From: Tubulanus polymorphus
Lineage: Eukaryota; Animalia; Nemertea
Assembly (NCBI RefSeq): GCF_964204645.1
Contig: NC_134030.1
Location: 17,568,210 to 17,632,209 of the forward strand
DNA length: 64,000 nt
Direction of reading: 5' to 3'
Shown here: one piece after another, positions 40,396-53,467 of the stretch
Layout: every line of letters starts with the position of its first letter
Numbering within the stretch: the first letter of the stretch is position 1
Notes under the pieces: generated by a model
The model's database searches: none
Seen by the model: only the letters and a program-made list of their open reading frames with translations
Told to the model about the DNA's origin: nothing
Program-made: the position numbers and the translations under genes

Positions 40396-40952
40396 AGTAC
40401 CACAAACTGAAAAACAGGTTTAGAATTCAGTCATTTCATCTCAACAAGTGCAGCACATTTTTCCTGACCTAATTGTTTTGTTCAGTATTTACACAATCAG
40501 CCTCTACTCATATTCAGACTGAAGTTTTCTTTGTTTCCGCTACTGATAAAGGATAATGGAATGTAGGAAAAAAATGGCCAGGAAAAAAAGGCCAAGGAAA
40601 ATTAATGAGAACTACTGACAATGTTAATTAAGCTTTCAATTTAATCTCCATCACAAGTTCGCATTTTGAACGTTAGAATAATTTACTAATGTTCATCCGC
40701 GACTGAGATGGCCTCGATCTCCCGAGAGATTTCCGACGACGTTACAAAACACAGTTGAAATTGTTTATTAGGTTTTTATCGTGTGAAAAATGCATTCAGA
40801 TAACGCGCCGGGGTCATCGACTGAGATATCAAATCACACGCCACAACAGGTCGCCATCCGCAAATGACTTACTTTCATTAGATGTTGCAACAACAAGACA
40901 TTAATTTATCTTCTAAAAATGCCTGAATACTGTCTTAATTTGCTGGATTAGT

Positions 40953-41068
40953 TTAAAGCCGGGCGTAGGTAGGCCTTGCGACGCGACGCGATCGTCGCGG
41001 GCGGTCGCAGTGAGTAGCGTCGCAGTGAGTCGCAAGCCGTCGCAAGGCCGACCTACGCCCGGCTTTAA
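40953..41068. mobile_element. GC-rich palindromic MITE
   Basis: ttaaagccgggcgtaggtaggccttgcgacg ... cgtcgcaaggccgacctacgcccggctttaa. Confidence 0.8.
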
Positions 41069-42136
41069 AGAGGCGCACACTCGACAATCTGACATCGAAA
41101 TGTAACCTGCATCGGTTTCTTTCAAGGATTTTATGTTGAGAAGCGAACAAGTGTAACATGTAAAACTTTCATTGATTAGACTAATGACATTTTAATACCT
41201 GCGCTACACTTTATCTAGACTTTCTGACGAATTCACATGATGATGAATGTTTAATATAATTAGTGATAATAGGTTTTGAAGATAAAATGATAAGAATTTA
41301 GTATATTAGAGCAGTTCAAAAGTCGAAATTTAGACACATCAGAAACAGCAATAAAGAAGCAGAAACACAGAAATCTTCTTGTGGTTAGTTTGTCGTATAG
41401 CCATTTTACGTAGAAAAAAAAACTGTGTCAGCAAAAGACAGACTTATGTTAGATATTGCAACGAGAAGACTTGTATCTTCTAAAAATGCCTGAATACTTT
41501 CTTAATTTGCTGGACCAGCGACCAGCAATCGGGAGCTCATCTATAGACCAGTGGAATATCGCGAATTCGCGCTCGCGCATACATGGAACTAGCCAGCGAT
41601 TTTTCCTTCGAGCTTTTTGAGCATTGAAATGAAACTGTTTTCCTCCCACAACCAAACCGAGGAAATTGTGAAGACAAAAAAGAATTCAAACGATATTTTC
41701 TCTAAAACGAGAACATATCACGTGGCACTTTGGATGCGTATTCTAAAATCGTACACATCGATGTAAGGGTAGGACTATTAGGTTTTAGGAGAGAAAGTCT
41801 TATGTCTGAACTCAACTAACGCATGCTTAAAGATCGCGCTCATTTATCAAAAAATAATTTTCCATCGCTTGACGTAGCGGGGAATATTGCAACGTTTCTG
41901 CTACAATCGCCTATAGTCGACAGTACTGTAACGCGCTATTCTCCTATATGATATTTGCCCTGTTTTGCACCTAAATCTACTCTACTGCCTTTATGTATTG
42001 TTAAATCTTTGAAGTCTAGATTAATGTTCCCCTCGTTGTCTACTTTCGATGAGTAATTGGAAAAGTGGGCTTTCAGATCAGAGGGCGAGAGGGCAAGACA
42101 CCACTCATCACCACAAGTAATTTTTTTCCCTAATAA

Positions 42137-45100
42137 ACGGGGGAGAATGAATACCAGCCAGAAAACAATAATGTTAATAAAAATCAATATTATTGCACAT
42201 ATTGTAAAAAATACGTCGATACATCTCATAAAACACGACATGAAAAAACTGCAAATCATATAAAAAATGTAATAGATTTTGAAACTCCAGAAAATTCCAA
42301 TGAAAGAAAAGAAAGATTAGAAAATATGAATGTGGATGAAATAAAATGTGAAGTTTGTAATGAATTTATAGTAAAAAGGAATTATAATAGACATCTCGAA
42401 TCACAAAAACACAAACAAAATTTAAGTAATAATGTTTTAGGAAAAGATTATTTCGATGATTAACCTCAAAAAGTAATAAAACCAACTTCAAAAACTAAAT
42501 CCATTTCAAATAAACCTTACATGGAAAATGTTAGAAATTATATTGATTCACTAGAAATAAAAGATACAATTGAAATTTTAGAAACATTACATAGTAAAAT
42601 TGGTCCTGCAGCTATTATATTTAGATTTTTTAAAGGTACAACAATAGAAGATTATAGTAAATTTAATGAAATAATAGAAAAAATTACTAGATCTTATAAC
42701 AGATGTTGAATATCCAAAAATTAGTATCTCTGGGAAAGTAAGTTTTATAAAGTCAGAAGAAAAGATTGATTATAATATTCAAACACACTCTGAAGAAATA
42801 ATTTCAAAAACACAAATAAAAGAAAAGTTAGAAAAAATATTTAATGAATTTAAACGTCATATTGAAGAAAGATATTTTGAGGGTTCTGGCTGAACATTGA
42901 ATGAAATTATATATTTAGATTTAAATGTTTATAATACAAAAAGAAATAAAACATCAAAAAGTAATAAAATGTTTAAAAATGATTCAAACTTTACAACAGA
43001 AAAGGATATTAAAGCATTATCTTATATTAAATTACCATTTACAACAAAAGCAGTAATAAATATTCAAAATGAAGATAATAAATGTTTTCTATGGTCAATT
43101 ATTAGTTGCTTACATCCAACACAGGAAAATGTTTGTAGAATAACAGATTATCGGAAATATGAAACATTATATAAAATTGATCAATATCCAGTAACTATAA
43201 AAATGATTTCTAAAATAGAAAAAGTTAATAATTTGAAAATAAATGTATTCGAATTAATGCAATTACCAAAGACAAAAGGTGAAAATATTAAAGATTATAC
43301 ATTGGAAGCTTTATATTTAACAGAATATTATGATGATGAAAATGCTATAGATTTGTTATATTACAAAGATGAAAATGAACATTATATGTGGTTAAAACAA
43401 ATTGATTTATTCTTTAGAACAGAAAGTGATCATCATCATACAATTTATCCATATAGAAAATGTTTATCTAAATTTATGACTGAGATTACATTATTAAAAC
43501 ATAAAGAATTATGTGATAATAAAGATTTTTGTAAATTAATAATGCCAACAGAAAAAGATTATAAATTGAAATTTACTAATCACAAATTTAAGAATATTGT
43601 TCCATTTGTAATTTATGGGGATTTTGAATCGTTGAATAAAGAATAAACTGATCAAGATAGAAAAGAAATATATAACAAAAAGCAATTATTAAAATCAATG
43701 GATAAAGGAAATGAATTAAATGAAGACACAATACAAGACCCACCAATCATAAATACAATTAAAAAAGTTCATCAAAGAGCTGCTGCTTATGGAATTTATA
43801 TAAAATCAAAATATCCTGAATTATATGAAAGTCAATATATTTCTTTTAGAGGTGAAGATGTAGTTACTGATTTTTGTAACAAAATGATTGAATTAGGAAG
43901 TGATTTTGCAAAATTAACAAAAAAACAAAAATAAAAGAATAGTTATGACAAAAGAAGATGAAATTGATTTTAATTATGCAACTCATTGATGTTATTGTGA
44001 AAAACGTTTTTATTCATTTGATAAAAAAGTTAGAGATCATGCTCATTTAAATTCAAAATATCGTGGAGCTGCTCATGAAGATTGCAATTTACAAGCTAAG
44101 AAAGTTAATTTCGTACCAATTTTATTTCATAATTTATCAGGCTATGATACCCATCTATTTATAAAACAATTATCGGGAAAATTGGGCGCAATTAATCAAG
44201 AAATAGAAGAATATAATGCTATGAATGGTGTAAAGGTAAGAAAATATGATTTTAAACTATTAGCTAAAACATCCGAAAATTATATTTCATTTCAATTTGG
44301 TTGCATTAGATTTTTAGATTCTTATAGATTTCTAGCAAGTTCATTAGATAATTTATCAAAAAGTTTAGTTGATAATGATTTTGTTATAACTCGATATTAT
44401 TATCCAAATGACCAAGATTTTAAATTATTGAGATACAAAGGTGCAATTCCTTATTCATTTTATAAAACACACAATGATTTTAATGTAACAGAATTATTAA
44501 AAGATCAATTTTATGATCAATTAAAAGAGGAGTATGTGAAAGACGAAGTGTTTAATAGAACATTAAATATTTGGAACCATTTTAAGATGAAAAATCATGG
44601 TGAATTAGTTGATTTATATTTAAAATCAGATGTTATGATATTGGCTGACATACTTGAAAAATTTAGAGAAGTTAATTTGAATCATTTTAATGTTGATCCT
44701 TGTTATTGCTACTCTAGTCCTGGTTTTACCTGGCAATGTGGTTTAAAATATACAAATGTAGAATTAGATTTATTAAAAGAACCAGATATGGTTTTATTAT
44801 TTGAAAAATCAATTAGAGGTGGAATTAGTGGTGTTATGGGAGATAGGTATTTTAAAGCAAATGATGAATATAAATTATTATATATTGACGCCAATAATTT
44901 ATATGGTTGGGCAATGATGCAACCTCAACCATATAAAAATTTTATATTAACAGAAGTTGAAAATGATGATAAAACTAATTGGGAAAGCGCAATTATGTGT
45001 TTAGAAGATGAAGCAGCAATTGGTTATTTCTTTGTAGTTGATTTAGAATATCCTGAAAATATAAAGTTTAAAACAAGAAACGTACCTTATTGCCCAGAAC

Positions 45101-47200
45101 ATTTAACCGTAGATGATAGTTATTTAAGTGAATACCAGAAGAAAAATAAAACCGAAAGATCATGTTTTTACAGAAAAATTAATACTTACTCAAAATAATA
45201 AATACAATTATATTGTTCATTATAGAATGTTAAAATTTTATCTAAAACAAGGAATGAAATTAAAGAAAGTACATAGATATATTGAATTTAATCAATCGAA
45301 GTGGTTAGAAAAATATATAGATTTCAATACTCAACAGAGAACCATATCAAAAACAGATTTTGAAAAAGATTTCTTCAAATTAATGAATAATAGTTTTTAT
45401 GGTAAGACATGTGAAAATATTAGAAATAGAAATGATATTGAATTAGTAAATAATTCTGAAAGATTAAGACATTTACAATCAAGTCCTAGACATTTAGGAA
45501 ATAAAAGATTTGAAGATTATTTAACAGCAGTTAAATTAAAAAGAACGTCAATGAAATTTAATAAACCTATATTCATTGGTTCAACTGTTTTAGAAGTATC
45601 AAAATTATTAATGTATGATTTTTATTATAATGTTTTACAACCACTTTTTGGGGAAAAGCATATTGAAATATTATGTTTTGATTCTGTAACAGCTGACACC
45701 CCAATATTGTTAAAATGTAATGATAAAATATTGATAAGAAGAATTTCATAAATAATTCAAAAACAAAATGAATGTTATATTTCATATGGTGAAAAAGAAT
45801 TAATACAAATAAATGGATTAATGGATGGTTGGACAAGAAATGGATGGAAAAAATTAAAGAATATTATTAGACATAAAACAAATAAGAAAATCTATAGAGT
45901 TAGAACTAAATTAGGGTTTGTAGATGTTACAGAAAATCATAGTTTAATTAAACGAAATGGCGAAGAAATAAAACCAACTGATATAAAAATTGGAGATGAA
46001 TTATAACATAAAAGATTTTTCCAACGAATGAATCATATGTCATTTGATGAAATAATTGACAATATTTATAACATAGAACCCGAAACTTTTGAAGAAAAAG
46101 AATATTTTATCAAAGGATTTTTCATGGGAGATGGTTCAGCAGGTGTGTATAATTATGTTTGGGGTAATAAATATTGCTGGTATTTATGCAATCAAGACTT
46201 AAAATTATTAGAAAGAATTAAGAAATTCTGTGAAGAAGTTTATTCACATAAAACATTCAAAATCATAGATGTTATGAAATCATCAGCAGTTTATAGAATA
46301 CTTGTAAATAATCCTAAAGATTTTGCTATAAAATATAATTATGAATTCATGCAATAGTGAAAAGTAATACTTCAACAAAAGAAAAGATAGTACCAGATTA
46401 TGTATTAAATGCAAAAAATAATTTAAGAAAGTGGTTCTTCATTGGATTCTATGCCGCAGATGGCACTAAAAAATTTACAAAGGATAAAAAGATAACATTT
46501 GCACAGAAAGGAAAAGTTGCTATATCAGGATTAAATATATTAAGCAGTTCATTAGGATTTAATATGAATATAGAATTAAATAAATCTAAACCAAATTGTT
46601 TTAATTTAAGGCATGTAGAAAAAGAATTAACAGAAGAAGTTAAAGATTTATTTGAAATATATAACCCATCAGATTATGTTTATGATTTATCAACTGAAGA
46701 TGGAACATTCAATTCTGGGTTCCCATTAATCCAAAAAAATACTGACAGTTACATACTAAAAATCAAGACAAATGACATAAAAAAGACTAAAAAACATTAA
46801 AACATCATTTTGATTATCCCAAAGATCATGCACTATTTAGCAATGATAATAAAAAGATTCCTGGTAAATTTAAAGATGAATTAGGGGGTGATGAAATGAT
46901 TGAATTTGTTGGGATAAGAAGTAAAATGTATAGTTATAGAACAAAAGATCATGAAGCTAAAAAGTTAAAAGGAATAACAAAACATGTGGTTGATAAACAT
47001 ATAGAATTTCAAGATTGTAATTCAATTGTAATGAAACATAAAATGAATTGTTTAAGATCAGAAGATCACGAGATGTACATTAATGAAGTTGAAAAAACTA
47101 GTTTGAATCCATTTGATGATAAAAGGCATATTTTAGATGATGGTATAAAAACATTACCTTATGGTTATCAAAACATACAATCAATATCATCATACTCGAA
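42137..47200 (+). pseudogene. polB: Protein-primed DNA polymerase B with N-terminal C2H2 fingers, an endonuclease-VII-like insert and an intein; many stops and frameshifts
   Basis: YGDFES, RDHAHLNSKYRGAAHEDCNL, FHNLSGYD, YLKSDV, IRGG, YIDANNLYGWAM, KLMNNSFYGK, FD/TDS, RSKMYSY, KLKGI. The start appears mutated to ACG at 42137, in frame with ORF 42521. Confidence 0.93.
45683..46740 (+). mobile_element. Intein with LAGLIDADG homing endonuclease at the PolB motif-C site; 2 in-frame stops and 1 frameshift
   Basis: FD|SVTADTPILL (block A), VDVTENHSL (block B), IKGFFMGDGS and FIGFYAADGT (LAGLIDADG), DYVYDLSTEDGTF (block F), LIQKN|TDS (block G, +1 Thr). Confidence 0.93.
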
Positions 47201-47226
47201 TTCACTATTGGCTTCTTCATTTTTAT

Positions 47227-48501
47227 TTAATTGTTCTTGTATAATTTGTTTAGGTTCTTCATTTCATTTATCTCATTTAAATAAAGTTCTTTCTTGTTCC
47301 ACATTTCATCTCGCTCTCTTTGTTTCTTTTTGTTTGTTAATTCGTCAAATGGAATTATAATATCGATGTTTAAATAATTTACAATCTTATTTAAAAAGAA
47401 TTCATAATTAATTGAATCTGTTATTCTATTTTCCAAATAATACATTAATATTTGTTTAAATATTTTTTTTATATTTTCCATATCTTCTTCTGTTAATTTA
47501 GGTTTTTCATAATAATCGTTAAATAATAAATATAAATACATTTTCTTTTGTTTTTGTTAAATGTTGACGGAATAATTGTTTTTATAATATCTTTTTTAGT
47601 TATTTCACCATTTTTATTTTCTATTATTTTCATTTTTTTAAGCCATTGCATATATTCTGGTGTATGATCTTCTATAGAAAATATTTTAAAAATTTCATCT
47701 AGATAATTTAATTTTGGTTCTATGAGAAAATTTCTAGTTTTTTCTTCACCCCATGAATTCTTTTGCCATCCACAATCCACAATCAACACAAAATAAAACA
47801 GTACCTTCTTGTCTTAAGGTCGCGTAATTACATTGTGGACATTTTCGTTTATAATTTATTGGTAATAGATCTTCATTAAGCTCTTGGTATTTTCTTACAT
47901 TTTCTTTATGTTTTATTGTTCTATTATGTAGATTTGAATTACTTGTTGTAATAATCAATTTACAATATTTACAATAATATGTTTTTCTTGTTAATTCATT
48001 ATATTGTTTTTCCAACTTTTCAACTGTTTCTTTATTATCTGGTAACGTTTTCTCATATTTTATTTTTTCTAATAAATTATTTTTTCTTTCATTGAATTCA
48101 GTTTCAAATTTATTAGAAATATTATCTATATGTACTTTACGAAATTGATGATTCTCCCAATCTTCTATATTTTCAGGGCTATATTTTATTCGACAAGGCT
48201 CACAGAAATGATCTTTTATATTATCCTTATCATAGAATAAGAAAGGTCTTTTCCAAATAATTTCAGGTTCAACTTCAACAGAATTACTATTACTTTCGTT
48301 ACTATCAACATTAGCCGTTGCGCCATTAATTTTACACTTCTCTGAATGTTTTTTAACATAATTTCTTGAGAATAATTTATTACATTTTGGACAGTTTAGT
48401 TTAGGGGGTTTATAATTTTCATCATGTTTTTTCATATGTCGAGCCATATTACTTTTTCTTAGAAGTTCACCACAAATTTCACATGCTATCTTCTCATCCA
48501 T
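47227..48501 (-). pseudogene. Polinton C2H2 zinc-finger ORF with downstream frameshifted segments
   Basis: CEICGELLRKSNMARHMKKH, CPKCNKLFSRNYVKKH, YCKYCK..HNRTIKH; continues through ORFs 47493-47789 and 47227-47541. Confidence 0.7.
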
Positions 48502-48559
48502 TTATTAGGGAAAAAAATTGCCTGTGGTGATGAGTGGTAATTTTTTTATGTTATAAATA

Positions 48560-49662
48560 ATGGTAGAATTAAAAGAATACAGAATATTTGTTGATTCTAG
48601 AAGACTTACAAATTATAAATCACATAATTTACTAGTACAATTAGATAGAGAATTTAAGAATCGTGTAGATTTAAAATTAGTTAATATAAGTGTATGTAAC
48701 TCATTTTACAATAAATCGGATAAAAGTTTTGAACATAGAGGGTTTATGATTTATGTGAGAAATAAAGATAAATGGTTTCATATATTTTTAAAACCAGGAT
48801 TATATAATTTAGAATCATTAGCGCAGGAAATTGATAGAAGAGCTCGGTTGAAAATCGGGGGCATTTCTGTATTTGAAATTAAATTTAATAAAATTGATAG
48901 TACTAATAAAATAAGAATAAAGATATCTAATGAACAACATAAATTTATGGTAAACAAACCACTGGCTAAAATGTTAGGAATTAAACCGCTTACAGTTACT
49001 GGAAACGCAGAAGGCAGCTCAAATATAATACCTTTTACACACTTTTATATTTTTTTTTATCATAGATTGTTTATGATTCATGATAAAAATATGGATAAAT
49101 GGTATCATCTAGACCATCAAGACCAGGATTATATACTTTAGAAACATTATCTCAAGAAATTAATAGAAGAGCTCGGTTAAAAGTGGGTGAATCTGTTGGG
49201 TTTAACATTAAATTTGATAAAATTGATAGTACTAATGAAATAAGAATAAAGTTAACTAATGAACAATATAAATTCATAGTAAGAAAACCATTAGCTAAAA
49301 TGCTAGGAGTTAATCCAAATAAAGTTTATTCAAATGTCGATCCTACGCCAAATATAATACCTTTTACGCACTTCTATATTTATTGTAATTTAATTGATCC
49401 TACAAAAACATTCGAAGCAACTAAAGATACAATTTGTAATTCTGGTTTATTAAATATTTTACCATTAAAAAATGTCAAACAATTTCGAACTCAAATAAAT
49501 TATAATTTAACTGAATGTGATTTCAAACCTTGTATTCCACATTTCAATAATTTTGAATTAGAAATAAGAAATCATAATGGTTATTTAATTGATTTGAATA
49601 ACTTTCCTGTAATTTATGAATTAGTTATAAGATGTAGAGTAATTTTTTCACTATATCAATGA
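48560..49662 (+). pseudogene. Probable minor capsid (penton) gene with an internal tandem duplication
   Basis: FYIYCNLID..LLNILP..FELEIRNHNGYLIDLNNFPVIYELVIR resembles penton C-termini; ~48740-49050 is duplicated at ~49070-49380. Confidence 0.6.
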
Positions 49663-51141
49663 ATATAACTGTTGGACCGAGTATATGTTTTGGATTTGAT
49701 TTTAAAGGTGAGAAAGAAATGAAATTTAACATTAATGATGTAATTACACATATCAAAAATATTGCATTTTCTAATGAAACAACATTTGAGTATGAAAAAA
49801 CAATAGATAAAGAAACTTTAAATGTAGAAAAGATAACTAATTTAATTAGAGAATCTTTAAGATTTTATTAATTAGATGAAGATTTTATCATAGATGATAT
49901 TAAAAACATATTAACGGAAATATATGATAATCATAAAAGTAGTAATGAAATAAATGTTGAATTAATCATCACTAAGATAACTAAATATTTTGAAGATAGT
50001 AATTTTTTTGATAAATGAATGAGTGATAATAAGTGGATAATAACTGGATTATATAATGGAGCATTACTATCAGTTGGAACTGTTGGTTATTCAATGGTAT
50101 TAAAAAAGGTCTTCAAAATGGGAAGTGTTAATGTTGATAGATTTGATATAAATGATATCTTAAAATTAACATTAGCAGTTACTTCATCTAATTTAACTAT
50201 TGATTATTTAGAAAAACAAAAATATATTCCTCCCATATAAATACATAATTTTTTTGCTAAATAAATGGCTTCTGCAATTATAACTACTATAGGATCGGCA
50301 ATTGTTAACGCTTTAGCATTTAATGGTGGCGGTTATTTATTTAAGCATATTGATAAAAATAGTTCATTAGGAGAACAAAGAAGAAATAATTTAGCATTAG
50401 AGAAATATAATAAAGCAGCAGAAGAATACAGAGAAAAACGACAAAACTATATGGATTATATTAACAAGGAATTATATGATCAGAAGATTTCACATAGAGA
50501 TTTTCAATCAGTTGATGATGCAATGAGTTTATATAACGCAGTAACCAATAAAGAAAAATTACATCTATACAAACCTAAATTATCAGATTATTATACCCCA
50601 AGTAAAGAACAACAGAAATATGAAATAATTTGGATTTTAGGTGGAACAGTTATTGTTATATTTGTAGCATATAAATTTACTAATTAGTAATTTTTTTTCT
50701 AAATAAATGGAAGATAAAGTTGATAGTATTGATATTATTCCTCATGATATAAATAAAACTAAATTAAAAATATATTTAGAAAAACAAATATTAGAATTTG
50801 AAGGTGACTTAAAGATAAAAAAGAAAAAATATTTAAAAAGGAAAATTATATATTATCTTATTATTAGTGGTTCGGTTACAATTAGTTCTGTAATAACATT
50901 TCTTGCAATATTCAGTCCATTAACACCTTTTGCTATATCAATCGGTGTATTAGGATTAAGTTCAAGTGTTTTAACTGGTATAAGTTCAAAATTAAATATA
51001 AAAAGTAATAAAGAAAAAATTAAAACTAATATAAAAGAAATTTATAAATTGAAGAATACACTAGATCATATAATAAGTTTAAATGGTCATATAACAGTTG
51101 AAGAACAAGATAAATTATTAAAAGAATTAATAAATTATTAA
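49659..51141 (+). CDS. Cluster of small Polinton ORFs (49659-, 50019-50240, 50265-50687, 50707-51141), several with hydrophobic segments
   Basis: Each follows a TAATTTTTT..(A)ATG motif; predicted membrane segments such as IIWILGGTVIVIFVAY. Confidence 0.6.
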
Positions 51142-51157
51142 TTTTTTAATTAAATAA

Positions 51158-52553
51158 ATGGTAGATGGTTTTCCAAAAGCTTCCCAATATAATAAATAAA
51201 TTAAATATAATATTCCAGCAATAGATTTTAATAAAGATATTACATATAGAAATGAAGTTTTAGATTCATTAACTAATTTAGAAATTTATGTTACTGAAAC
51301 TAATAATTTTAGTGCAAAGATGGAAAATATATTTCATGTATATTTAATTAATTTAAAAAAATTGAAAGATGAAAAACAATGGTTATTAAAATCTAATATG
51401 AAGTATTGGCAGAACCAATTAAATTTTGCTGTTTATTGTGCAACAACAGGATGTGGAATTAGTTGGAATGATCATTTGAATAATTCTAAATATGAATTAA
51501 TTCAAAGTTTATTTAGATTTCATACATACTTTCAAATCAGAATAATATTAAATGAATTAGAGTGCGCTTTACCAGGATCTAGGTATTTTAAAGAATTAGA
51601 TAATAATATTAATTTATCAAAGTTTTATAAAATTTGTAATGAATTTAATATAGATATAAATAATTCTGATTTTAAATTGGAACAATAAGATCACTTCCTT
51701 GCCCTAAAAAGATTGCAGAATATTGTGCACTTCCCATACCATCTAATAGTTTGTATAATATCTATAGTAATAAATTAGGTTATGGTAAAATAGAAACTAA
51801 GGATTTAGAAACATTAAATTTCAATAAATTACCGACATTTTATGATAATTTAAAACAAGAAAACAATAATGGTTGGGTTTATTTCATTTTAGAAAATAAT
51901 GAAGGTTTTACAAAATCAGGTATACAAAGAATAAATCAATCTATTAGAACTTATTTGATATGTATTTTAGGTGCGCAAGTTGAAACAAGATCCCCAATAA
52001 TTGGAAATTTAAATACATCATTTGATACACAGAAACAATTCAAAGTATTATTTGAAGATTCTATTCATAATGATAAAAATAGATCGATTCCAGAAAACAT
52101 TGTGAGATATCAAAATTATTTAGATAAATCACATATTAGACTAAATTATTGTATAGGCCCTAATCTATTTATTATTTCTAACGATTTAGTATTAAAGATG
52201 GGAAACATAATTGGTTATAATAATCTAATTAAAACTGCAACAATAAATAATTCATTTGGATTAAATGATATAAATAAAAAGATTATTACTGCTCCAAAAT
52301 TAATGGAAGGTGAAAAAATAAAAAACACATTCAATCAACAGAAACTAAAACTAAAAAAATTAAATTGCATAATGATTCTAAAATAAAAGATTACAATACA
52401 TCAGAAAATATAAAAACTGATAATATTCAACATGATATAATTAAAACTGATAATGATAATAAATTCCATGAAAATACTAAATTAGCTTTAACTTGTACAG
52501 GAATTGTTATAGGAGGAATATTATATTTTAAATTTTATTTTTTTATTATATAA
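51158..52553 (+). pseudogene. Polinton ORF of unknown function, broken
   Basis: YWQNQLNFAVYCATTGCGIS..LFRFHTYFQIR..YLICILGAQVETRS; hydrophobic C-terminus. Confidence 0.55.
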
Positions 52554-53467
52554 ATGGATGTAGAAGGTGGAGAAGATATTGGAATGGATCCTTTAGATGA
52601 AACTGGTATAACTGATGAATAACAACCTGATTTTAGTGAAACAAGTTTTAATGACGGTAATGAGCCAGGATATAATAATAATTTAAATATGCCTGATTAT
52701 GTTTAAAATGCAGAATCACAATTAAATCCTGAAAATTTAGACCCAGATTTAGTAAAACAAGATTTAGATAATTTAAACAAAATAGAGAAATTAGAATATA
52801 TAATTGAAAATTCTAAACTTAACATAAATGATGAAGACGTTGGACCTTTAGCAGATAAATTAAGATTTTTAGATAATGGTAAATGTTATTATCGTTTGAA
52901 AGGTGATTATTATATTGATATCTCTTATAAAAAAGAAGAAAAAATAATAGCAAAATCAACTTTAAAAAAAATTAAAACCAGATATAATTGAAATAATAAG
53001 TAATAGTAATGAAATAACTGATGTTACACAAAAAGAAATAGATGATAATATAGACGTATTTAAACAAAAAATTAATGAATTATTTGAAATAATCAAAAAG
53101 AAATCAGAAACAGAAACAACTTCTGAACAGAATAAAACTTCCAAAACTAATAAACTTAATTCAAATAAAGTTCCAATTGAAAAACTTTTACCGAATGGAT
53201 TAATTGATGCAACAGATCAAGAATTAGAAGATTTAAATAATATATTTTCTGATAAAGCAATTAGAGAAATTGAAAGTATAAGACATGCATCTGATAAAAT
53301 TGCGCATGATAAAAGTATAAGAGATTTAAAAATTAGAACTTTAGAAGATGAATTATTTAAATCAAGAAAAGAATCGGAACAAGTAAAATTAGATAGAGAT
53401 AATAAAGTTAAAGATAAAATTGCGCATGATAAAAGTATAAGAGATTTAAAAATTAGAACTTTAGAAG
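52554..53467 (+). pseudogene. Acidic/coiled-coil Polinton ORF, truncated by a rearrangement
   Basis: ATAAATG start; stops at ~52619 and ~52704; ends in a 55-bp direct repeat. Confidence 0.45.

Noticed and set aside
45683-46740. Hedgehog-type Hint domain or a group I intron instead of an intein
   Set aside because: In-frame insertion in the polymerase motif with Ser1, terminal Asn, +1 Thr and an internal LAGLIDADG pair fits a canonical intein.
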